Shown piece by piece: positions 18,313 through 29,274 of a stretch of DNA of 64,000 nucleotides. Position 1 is the first letter of the stretch. Every line of letters begins with the position of its first letter. Made by a program: the position numbers and the translations under genes. This DNA comes from Zygnema circumcarinatum SAG 698-1b. Its lineage: Eukaryota > Plantae > Zygnematophyceae. The notes under the pieces are model-generated. The model was not told the DNA's origin, made no database searches, and saw nothing but the letters and a program-made list of their open reading frames with translations. The stretch lies in the NCBI GenBank assembly GCA_037447605.1, contig CM074804.1:744001-808000 (forward strand), given 5' to 3'.

Positions 18313-20437
18313 ATGGCGAGCGCGACGGCTCTCCCGCTCCTCCGCGGCCGCAGGGAATGCAGCCACGCCATCTTCTCCGCGCCTTCTCCGTGTGGCCTGT
18401 CAGTCAGGGTTTCTTTCAGCTTTAGGGTTAGAGCGGACGTGAGCGGTGGTGCCGGGCCCAGGGAAGAGGGAAGGCCTGAAGGAGAGGACGAAACCTCCAG
18501 AAATTTTAAATGGCATTCTGCCTCCTCTCGGAGGCAGACCCTTGTAGGGAGTGGGGCAGCGTGTGTTGCGGCTGCGCTGCAGCAGGTGATGGGAGAGGAG
18601 GCGGCTCTTGCTGCGAAGGATATTACGGTGGGGTCGTATTTGCCCAAGTCGGGAGACGGAAACTTGGTGCTCTTCTCACCGGGAGATAAGTCGACGCCTG
18701 CACTTCGAGCAGGTGAGAATTGGTATTTGTGGGGGGCGGCGGAGGGAGGGAGAGGGAGAGGGAGAGGGAGAGGGAGAGGACGAGGAAGAGGGGGGGGGGG
18801 AGGGGGAGGCGGACGGGGAGGACGAGGGGGAGAGGGAGGGGGAGGACAAAGGGAGGGAGAGAGGGGGGAGAGGGGGAGGGGGGAGGGTGAAAGTGGGAGG
18901 GGGGAGAGGGGGAGGGGGGAGGGGGAAAGTGGGAGGGGGGAGGAGGAGGGGAGGAGGGAGAGAGGGAGGGCGAGGGGCGGGAGAAGAGGAAAGAACGGAA
19001 GTTTCAGAGAGGAAAAGAGATATAACAAGGGAGATAGAGAGATGGGATTGGAGAGGGTTGGGATAAGTGAGGTCTTAAAGTCAATGTAGGCGCATTAGGT
19101 TTGTTGCCCGGTTGTGAGCGCTTGAAAGTGAATGGAAGCGAGGTTGGAGAGTGGGCTTTCATGGCACACAGAGGAAGGGAAAACATGGCTTGGACAGAAA
19201 ATAGATTTCTGAAATGGGGGTCCAGTGCCCTTTTTTCATCCACTGTTGGTTTTCAGACAGTCATTTGAAGGAGTCAAGATGAACTAACACAACTCTTAAA
19301 CTGAGACCTACATTTATACCAATACTAATTGAACCGTAACTCTACCGTACTTGAACACAAACTTGTACGACCTCTAGGGATTCTATCCATCCGCATAACA
19401 CATACATCTTCATCACACAGTACAATAGAATGCAATGTTGTACAACCCGAAGCATCACCTACATCACAGACCATACATGTGCGAATATGCTTGTTACCAA
19501 GGGACTAACTGACTAACCTGATTTCATTACAGGGAGATGCGAGCACATCTCAGACCACCATTCATGCCTCTTTCTTATGGTAAAGCCGTTCTGACATGAG
19601 AAGGAGGATGTGGGAGGGCAGGCAATGTCTCACCGTACTCCTTTGAACTGCCGCCCAGCTGGACCCAGGCTCGCATTGCAAACATTTTGTCAGGGAACTA
19701 CTGCCAGCCCAAATGCGCGGAGCCCTGGATAGAGGTCAAGTTTGAGGATCCAAAGCAGGGTCTCCTGCAGGTGGTCGCATCCCCCATGGTGCGTCTCACC
19801 AACAAGCCAAACGCTCGCATTGAGGAGATTGGCAGCCCTGAAACGATCATTGCAGCGCTCGGACCCTTCGTGACGGGCGACAGCTACGACCCCGACGAGG
19901 TTGTTGAGATTAATGTGCGGCAAATCGGAGACCAAACGGTGAGAGACAAAATTGTTTTTTTCAAACACAGGTTGTGAGCGGGAGAGCGGCCTGGTCTATT
20001 GTCTTGGGGCAGAACCTCTACTCTTAAGTTCAAGGCAGTCAGTCGTTTAGGATGATGCACATTGGCACCTTCCAGTTTTGAAGAACGCCACTACCGCTGA
20101 ACAAACTCCTCTCCGCTTTCGCAGAAAAAACCCTAATTACTCTGAACACCTTGTATTTCTGACGTGAGAGATGTTCCCACCCCCAAAAAAACCCTGAAAT
20201 CCAGTCAGACTCCAAACACCGTAATCACCTCCCTGTCAAATTCTAACACTGAGTGAAAGTTTGCAGTACTACGACTACGCTCTGGAGACACCCTTTGCAC
20301 GGTCGGGCGCTCACAACTTGGCGGCCGCCACAGCCAAAGGGAGCACCGTCCTCCTCGTCGTGGTCAGCGCCACTGACGCGCAATGGGCCGCCCATGAGAA
20401 CACCCTCCGCAAAATGGTGAAGTCGTTCAGAGTATAG
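18313..20437 (+). CDS. PPD6: PsbP-domain thylakoid lumen protein 6
   Basis: Three exons: 18313-18712, 19622-19938, 20267-20437. Bipartite transit peptide (SSRRQTL..ALA) followed by VGSYLP..TPALRAGNVSPYSFELPPSWTQARIANILSGNYCQPKCAEPWIEVKFE..VVASPMVRLTNKPNA..YYDYALETPFARSGAHNLAAATAKG, which matches plant PPD6 as I recall it. Confidence 0.93.
18730..19010. repeat. G/A-rich low-complexity tract in PPD6 intron 1
   Basis: Almost pure purine with many GGG runs, immediately after the donor site. Confidence 0.9.
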
Positions 20438-21267
20438 TCCGCCGGCCAGAAGGCTGCTCTCAAGATGAGGCAGGGCCTCTCCCAGTCAAGTCAAGTAAAC
20501 CAGTCGATTCGAGTGAAGTTCAGTCGAGGCCAGATACACTCTGATTGGGTTGTAGCTTTTTTTGGGCGACACATGGTTGACCCTCATGCGAGAGGATTAT
20601 CACTGGAGCAGTTTTTGAGGTTAAATTATTTTTTCGGTTAAGAGAATTTTCCACGCTGAGCAAGGTGTCCCTTTGATTTATGTGAAAGAAAATGTTTTTG
20701 TTTTGGAAAGGGTAACCGGTTTTTCAATTGATAGAAAAACACCTTTTTTGACATTTGAGTTTTAGTTGTAGAGAGGAAAGCAGAAGGTCGAATATTCCTT
20801 TCTTTGCTGTAAAAAACTCAAGTTTTCCAGCTTGTAATTCCCTTTTTTGGCACCAAGTTTCTCCATGGGTTTCCATGCGCAACTGTGACGGTACACTCGG
20901 AGTTATTGCTTCGAATGTCTGGTCTTAAAATTCTTGATATTGAAATCTTTCCCTCTTGGCAAAAGTGCGTCTCTTTTTCTGACAATGCCACTGTTCTAGG
21001 TTATTGTCACGCAATGGCCATTGGTCAGTCGACCGGTTGGTCGGTGCTTGCCGCATGTAGATACGACCTGTACATATTCACAATCGGACCTCGTGCTTGT
21101 TCTCTGGAAAATAACTCAAAACAATAATTCTCTAGAGCATCCCAAAATTCCCTGTCCCTTCCTCGTGCAGTTTTTTGCCCATTCCTTCCTCGTAACCATG
21201 TGCGGATCTGCGTGCGTCAGACAGTTCCCTGTGTTCATGCAGTTCTGCGGAAACAGCATGTGAACCC

Positions 21268-24200
21268 TCATGGGAGTGTGAGCGGCCTGAGGCTTCCCAG
21301 TCTCGTTCCCACCCGCACGTTGACCGGCAGCGGTACATCAAGGCCCGCCGCAGTCTGCATCACCTCCTGGACCCTCTTGCCGAAGCTGGGCACGAGCACA
21401 TCCGGGACTTCAAACACCAGCTCGTCGTGTATCTGCAAACCGCGAGTGAAAAGCCACCGCACATATTTATTCGTTGGATTAGAAACGCAAAGCTCCCCGA
21501 TGCGTGCACGCATGTATGGCTGGTGGGACCCCATGGACTCATGGATGCATGGCTTACTGTACCTCCATGAGGAGGCGTGTTCGGCCTCCTTGAAAGCTCT
21601 CCAGCTCCTTTGTCGCAATCATGGCCTGCTTAACAATGTCCCTGCCAACAAAAAGACACGAGGCAACCGATGGCTTGTCATTTGTTTGTGTAGAAAAAAA
21701 TCGACTAGCGAGTTATGGAGGCCAAAGAGCGCCAACGCAACATCGCCGGTGTGAAGGCGGGACGAGATGAAAGGATGAGCGACTCACGCAGCGCTGCCCT
21801 GGATGGGTGTGTTGATGGCCTGACGCTCCGCTTGAGCTCTCTTCTCGGGATCCCACGAGTTGATATCTGAATTACATTCATCCAGTGCATAGACATCGAA
21901 AGAAAGAAAGCCCAAATCAGCCAGTATTGAGGCTTATACTGAATGAAATAAGGCTAGGTCTCTATAAAACAAAACTCTGCCATTATTATAAGAGACAATT
22001 TGTTGTACTGTATGCATTACAAGCAGGAGGAACAGGAGCTAACAGCCTAGCACGGACCTGGTAAGGGACGTTGGCGGCCGTACAATGTCTTGATGTAACC
22101 GCATGAACGGGCCTTTGCCTTTGTGGCCTCCACGAACCGTCTCACGTCTGGAAAGCACGCCATGAACGCGCGGATGACATTCTGTACTTCGTCAGGCCCA
22201 ACTTTCAAGGTAGCGGCTAACGCCTGATTGCCTTGGCCGTACAGAATTCCATCTGCAGAACGATCCCATGTTTCAACTTTCAACTTTTACATGCCAATCC
22301 CATGGCACAATTCAAACATGAGCATACATGTTATACTGTTCAGCCCTAGAGAAACTACAGCGCAGAAAACACAGGATAAGAAGGCAGCAGCAGCAAAACT
22401 GTAGCTTGTAAGGATGAAATCAGCAAGGGAATGAACGTACAGCAAAGACGCTTAGCCAACTGTCGTTCCTCGTCCGTAACAGCTCCCGGATACTTCTTCA
22501 AATACCTTGCCCCGATGAGGCGAAAAGTGTCTCCATCCACTCCGGCACGAAGAAGTATATTCAACTGCAAGGCATTACCTCAACCGCCGCCGAGGCAGCA
22601 TGACTCGACTTTCCATGCATAGCAGCCCCTAGGGAACCTGTGCCCTCTTTCTATCTGAGTAGAACATATAAGACAATTTCCGGCCCATTCAGAAGCAATC
22701 TGACTATGTGCGAGCATTGAAATGTGACTTTGTTAAGCAAAGAGAGGCCGAACCAAGTGCTTATCGGCTGCCAGATGCGCCGCCAAGCGCAGCTCAATTT
22801 GTGAGTAATCTGCTGACACCAGAGAATGTCTGCTTCCCAACCAAAAAGAAAGAAGTGAGAGGGAAAGGAAAAACTAGGTCAAAACGAAACCACCCTAATT
22901 GTTAAGTTAGTACTGCGAAAATCGAGCGAAAAGGTGTGCAACAAAGTTGTTTCAATTCAACTGGCGAGATGTTTCGTCGAACATCTTAAAGTTGTAAAGT
23001 TATCATTATGCATCTTTGTGACTATACCCTCCCCCTTCCCTTCCGGGTGTAAAGAAACCTTACCCTGGAGAGGAGATGAAGGCATCACGGACCATCACCG
23101 TGAAAGAATTTTCTTCCATTCCGGATTTTTCTTCTTCTTCTTTGGGTGAAGTTCCCTGAAGGGCATGCCTTGGCAAATTCTGCTTCCCAACGAGCCATCA
23201 GCGGTTAAATTTTTTACCCAGACCTGACAGGGAGGGAGCGAGTGGCAGAGAGGGAGGGAAAAGAAAAATGTTTGTAGGAGGGGTGCTGACCTGCAAGTTC
23301 GGATCTGAAGAAGAAAGTCTTCCGGTGGCTGTATTGGTGGCATTCCATGTACTGTGTATTCTTGCGCTCCCATCCTGACAAATGCCATATCTAATTACTA
23401 GGTACTTCTTTTGGATAAATTTAAGGGTTACCCTAATGTCTTGAACAGCAATACGAGGTTCACATAACTCGTTAACAGAGCGGAATTAGTTTTCTCTACT
23501 TTGAAGTTCAGGTGCGCAGCATAAAAAATAGTAGAAAAGAAGGCTGAGGCAGCCTGGAGTGTAACTGCTCGTTGTCTTGTATAATCAACTTGACGTTTGA
23601 TGAGAATAATTAAAGTGATTCTCTCAGAACTCTTACCTTATGCACCACAGCTTTCGAAATAAGTCCATCGACCCACGTCGACTTCACTTTCAGAGTCTGC
23701 CTAAACTGCAATTCCACCCTTCCCATGGATAAGAATGGAGAGTGAATATTCAGATGAAATGTTTTTGCTTTTAGTTCTTCCAACATGAGATCGTATGTTG
23801 TACCGCAATAATCTTCATAGGAAGTGGATGCAGTTTGGAAAGCTCAATCAGCGTTGCCTCATTCGTAGTGCAGTGTTGTTTGGCCTCCTTTTTCTTTATC
23901 AATCCTGTGCTCCTTCCGATCCCCTTGGGAAGGGCCAATTCCTGCAGGAGAGAGTGCGAAAGGGACTGATAATCCAGCTTGACACTGATAGCTTTGCACA
24001 TGGCCCAGCCACGATTGGTCCTAAATGTCCCTGCAGGGAATTTGCAAAAAAACGTGAAACCATCTGTACAATCGCGTAAAGTGCTTCATCCTTCGATCTA
24101 AAGAAAAATTGATTACATGATATAACGCTTTTGATAGCTGCTGGGGGCTCGCCAAGTTGATCGGATGTCCTACAAGAGCCTCTGCTTCCGCTGATAGGGT

Positions 24201-27200
24201 GTCCAGCCTTTTCTGCAAAAATAGTGCCAAACCAACGAGAAGCACTCAAAGACGAATAAAAATGGAGTCTTCGTTTAGGTAGCTGAGGCAGTGATCACAC
24301 GTATTATGTGATTGCAAGAAACGTAGCTATGCTTGCATTCTGGATTTCTTCGTGTTCCTATCCATTTCTAGTCTGGACTAAGGTGATTACATCTGTCCAT
24401 TAGCAAAAGCAGTCATACCTGTAAAAAATCTCTTTTCGATTGCAAGTAATTCAGCTGCACATGAGTGGAAACCGTCCACAATTAACGGAACAAGGTCAGA
24501 CAGGCACCAAAAAGTGGAAGCTGCCCCCCCACTATTCTTTTTCTCCTTTGAAGGCCAATTTAGAAACAGTTCAAGAACTCGACAGCACAAAACATTTATA
24601 GCCAATAAGCTCAAAGTAAAACATCACTCATACAGTGACCCGGTAGGCACGAACACTAACGTCAATCCCAATACCAACATCTTCAAGCCGTGCCAGTATA
24701 AAAGCAACGTCCATTTCCCTTCTGCAAGAATTCCCACACGAGCAAAAGTCAAACCAATTCATAAGCTTCTGTAGTCAATGAAGATGATAAGAAAAGAATG
24801 GGAAACTACATCCACAGTAGCAAGTCTGTTCCTCAAGCCATGATCTCTGGGTTGTGTTGTAGGCGACGATGCCCAGAGTATCTGTGCAAAAATTGTCTTT
24901 AAAGAGTCTTTGTCTTTAAAGAGTCTTGCAGCACTGGTACATACTGAAGGGACAGAAGCAAGCCTTCATCAAAGCGGTGGTAGAGATGTTTGCAGAGCTT
25001 AGCAGCCGTATGCAAGTCCTCTTGCATTCTTCTCAAAGGTGTTGAGTCGTTTTCATTTTTTTCAGATGTACTCCCTTCAATGTGCCTTCTAGCAAGGCTA
25101 GAGAGCTCATAGCTTTCAAGCTCTGGCTCCTGCAGCCCAAGATGCAGTCAAGGGCTTTTCCTACATTTTGACAATATGAGCGTTATCGAACGTACAGAAG
25201 ACAAGAAGTGCACGTTGGCTGACTGCACAACACAAATGGAAACAACGAACCTAACTAACTAAGAAGCTCATTAAGAAACTAAACTAACTTATGGACAAAA
25301 CCGTCCAGTCAGTAATTTGACGAGTAACATGCCGAGCAGCAAAATCTGAAGCAGCAATTGATTCATTCGGATTGGATACCAGCTCATAACCTGCAAGAAA
25401 TAAAAAACTAATCAGGAAATACCAGAAAAGTTAGGAAAAAAAACACTCGCAATAATCTTACACGACCCGCCTTGCTGGATAAAAGGCACTTTCAAACTGC
25501 AAGTCCGAGATCGAATCCCAGATTTTTAGAAACTTACCTTTGGGTCGACGAGGTTTTTTGCATTGAAGCCCACTGCACGAAATGCATGAACCAACCGGGA
25601 TCAGTATCATTATTCTTCATTCAAATCATTTTGCGAAAATCTAATGGAGCAGCAGAAGCATACTCTTTGAACCTTTTGCTAATAACTAGAATACTCATGA
25701 AAAAGTGCTCAGGAAAAATTGCTTTCTGGATACCTTCTATTTCACAAGCAAACAGATACCGAAGTGTTGCCTGCGTGTTGAAACAAACAATTGGCGTTTT
25801 CCACTTCAGAAGAAGTTCTGCCAGATACCTGTAAAGGAAATCACTCTCAACACTCGTAAGTCAAACGTCATACCTCTTGTTACTCAAACGCAAGGTTGTA
25901 AAGCTTGAGGTGGTACTGAACTGTATAATCACAATCCTATGTATCACTCTTATCCTTCATAAAGCAACAAAGCTAACAGTATAGCCTTTCAGAAGTCAGT
26001 CAACCTGAATTGCGCTATGTCACTCCCAATTTCTGCAGTGGTTTCCTTTCCGATACTATGAAAGTAAAGAGTAGGTGCAGGATCTGAGGTTTGGCTCCCT
26101 GCGAATCCGAAGGAGAATGCCAAACCAACAAGCTGCTTTTCTTTTTCAATGTCCTCCACCTCATTGCTGGTACCACTTCCAGAAGCCTCTGCTCTGCTGC
26201 AACGCCTCTGCACCAGAGGCCACAAAAACAGTGTTTCTCAAAATAGTTGATTACAGGCAACTGGTGATGAAATTCACAACCATAAACCCGTCATAAATAC
26301 TAAACAAGCTCTTTGACCCACAAACGAGTAAGAAGAATATTCATACAACCAGCAACAGAAAGCTGCCTTACTCGTTTCAAAAGATACTTCCGTTGTGTAG
26401 GAGATATGCCCCTAAGGGTGCTGTGGTATTGCTCGAGACGTAAGTCTGCGAAGAGGAGGCCGAAGGATAGGAGCTCTTCTGCGTTGGTCGCAAGGAGTGC
26501 GTCTTTTTCTGCCTGCGAGGATGCTGTTACGTCAACAATGTCACGAAAGATATTTGTTTCAAGAGTTTCCTTCTGAATTTCCATCGTATGTTGGCGAGGC
26601 TCCGCTTTAAGGTCGTGGTCTTTCGGAGACAGTCGCGGTCGCTCTTCATCCTTGGAAGGAATTAATACTTCATTGTTGGTTCTAAACAACGGTAGTGGAC
26701 CCTCCTGTTCACCAGGCAGGAAGTCCTGTTTCTTACTTTTGAACGAGGTTGTATTAGATACAGTGGGCTTTTGGCCGTTTGGTCGAATTATGCGTTTTGC
26801 ATTTGCCCCTTCTAAGGTATCGAGCACGTTGAAATTTTGCTTTTCCTCCGGAAACTGAGAATTCACTCCCCCTAGCTTCAATGCCTTTGAAAATGCTTCA
26901 GTTGGTTGCCTTGAGGACCCTGAAACATGAGCAGATCCTTCAATGACTGGTTTTCCCCTCGCGGAGAAACTGGAGGCTATGTGTGAAACCCGGTTGGAGC
27001 GTGGTTGTGGGGAAGGGTGTCCAGGCTGCAAGTTGCTATGGACAACACCCACAATGTTATTCGCCTCAACAGTAGCAATGTCCGATAAGGATGTAGGTTC
27101 ACTCGCGAGCATAGGACTTTCGTTGTTTCTTCTCGTCTGAAATCCACAGTGAGGAGTACGCTTCGGTGTTCCAGAAACGGGAGGGATATTCTCCGTGTTC

Positions 27201-27517
27201 TTGATAACGTCTGATGACTCGTGGTGCCAAAAAAAATGTCGCCTGCCTCTCTCCTGAAACCCTTTCTCGGTATCACCAACTGTTAGGCTGTTATTGGATA
27301 TGAAATTCTGGGCTTTCGAAGGACGATTCTTCGATTCGAAAGACAAAAAATGCTGTTTCAGCTGAACGTATGGCTGAGTTGCGCACTCTTGCTCATAATT
27401 TTCATCAGGCAAAGTTTCAGGTGCAACTGCTCGCTTTCGGTTGATTGCAAAAGGCGGAGAGCCTGACTTCTGTTTCCTTTTGAATGGAAGAGGTAGCTTC
27501 CAAGGTACCTGACACAT
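21268..27517 (-). CDS. Family-A DNA polymerase, Pol nu/Pol theta-like, with no helicase domain; start codon uncertain (5' region may reach about 28.6 kb)
   Basis: Spliced reconstruction: about 380 aa low-complexity N-terminus; degenerate exonuclease-like region (LVGLAFSF, PIVCFNTQ, NLVDPK); EMDVAFILARLEDVGIGID; thumb (INLASPQQLSKALY, HPLPMKII); TATGRLSSSDPNLQNLP; VRDAF; motif A SADYSQIELR (about 22790-22830); motif B RQLAKRLCYGILYGQG; TLYGRQRPLP; ERQAINTPIQGSAADIVK; motif C LLMEIHDELVFEV. Stop at 21268-21270. One junction near 25380-25130 could not be resolved. Confidence 0.9.
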
Positions 27518-29274
27518 AACAGAGCATCGATTTTCTTTTTCAGTTCAAAAAATGCGGAATTCATTGCAAATGGGAAATGGCTTTACGCATTAGGGATATT
27601 TTTTAAATATTTGAAGCGATGTAGCGGAGGATTTGGTTGTTGAAATGGTCTTACTTCTTCGGTTGAAAAGGCGACAGAATACGGGCATTCCTGCTGCACC
27701 ACCTGAAAACAAAGAGAAGTATGTTTCATTTAGAGGTTCGTGCAGGTTTCAAAACAAAACATGGCTGGTCATTTCAACCTATGTGCTGTTTCTGTTCTGG
27801 AGAATTCAACTCAGAGGATATACCTAAGAGTTTATTGCGATTTATCTACAAACAAACACATTTTTCTTTTCCAAAAATCACAGTGCAATGCATTCTGCAG
27901 AGAATCGCGAGGAGGATCCCCAAACCGGACTGCTTCTGAAATTCATATCGGTCTGTGAAGGACTTCAACTGTTCCCAATATTCCACGTTCCACGCTCAAA
28001 TCGAAACAGCATCCTTTGCGCAGCTAGCTGTGATCAGTAAAAGCTCGAGTCTGTGACTGAAAACAGCCACCAACCTGCCGTTCCGGAGGAGGGATTTTAG
28101 GCCTTATAATGTACACCATCCTGCTTCCGAGAGTAGGAGCACCTTCTGCCCGAATTAAAAAAAAGAAACACTTCAGATTTTCAATTCCTGTTTGTATAAT
28201 ACACTCGATATCACCGACCGTCTGTTCGGATGCATCCTACAACACTCGCGGTGCCTTGCAAGTCAAACGCAGCTTCTTGCGTTCGAAAAATACGAAACAA
28301 AAGCTTGTACGATACAATATTGATACAAGCCACATATTAGATCCCTATATGAAGCTTAAGTTCACCATATTTGCGGTGAAATCCTCACCAAGCTCCAGCC
28401 CTGTAAGCAGCTTCAGGAGGTCTCAGCGTCGCCCCTCTTCCCTGCCCGCGATCGTTGCATCGACCGCCGGCGGGCCAGGGATGCTCTCAAATGTTCGACT
28501 TGAAAAACTTCCAAAGTGCCCTGTCGATGAAGTGGCCAATGGCCATGCGCTGTTCCAATTGTCGGGCGGGCGAGAAACAATTTCCGCCATGACCGAACCA
28601 TTCCATGTTCATGGCCATCAACAGTAACAGCACAACATGGAGATTCGGGAACCACGAATAGCCGGCTGGCCGGCCGGTTCGTGGTTCCCGAGCGGCCCCT
28701 CCCTCCCTCCCTCCCTCGAGTCCCGAGAGCGCCGCGCGCCGTCGATCTCTGAAGTGGACGGTCAGGATGCGCCCAGGGACGCTGAGTGGCCGCACCGCGA
28801 TAAGGTTGGACCCACCGCACGCCGTCGGGGTTAACATCCCCTTGTATCCCAGCCGCGATGGCTGCTGTCAGTAGCTTCTATTGAAACTATTTTCTACTGA
28901 AATGGAATTTCTCTTTCAAGGTCAAACTCAAATTGATTGTGAACGTGGACTTGAAGCTTTTCTCATAATAGTGATTACTTTGCTTCCATGGTTGGCTTGC
29001 TTGACAATACAAGCAGCCCCAGCGTGTACAAATGTTTCTCACTAGACTGTGAATGGTGTACTTCATGTATGTGGTCCGCATTGCGTACACATCCGAGTCG
29101 ACATGGAAGAGTAGACGACATTTCACACCACAAGACAAGATGAAACAGCATCCTTAGAGCAGTAGGGCACAGCCTTGAATGGAGGGGCTGTACATTATCG
29201 AAAAAATGGTGTGTAGACTAGAAACCACGAGCGATATACATTCACTTAACAGACGATAGGTGCAAACCTTCCGA

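Noticed and set aside
18219-19089. Pro/Leu- and Gly/Arg-rich ORFs of 150-270 aa
   Set aside because: Read-through of the GA-rich tract in PPD6 intron 1; only 18313-18712 is coding.
21268-27517. Polymerase as a viral, bacterial or organellar insertion
   Set aside because: It has many spliceosomal introns, host-like composition and a Pol theta/nu-type motif B, with no mobile-element neighbours.
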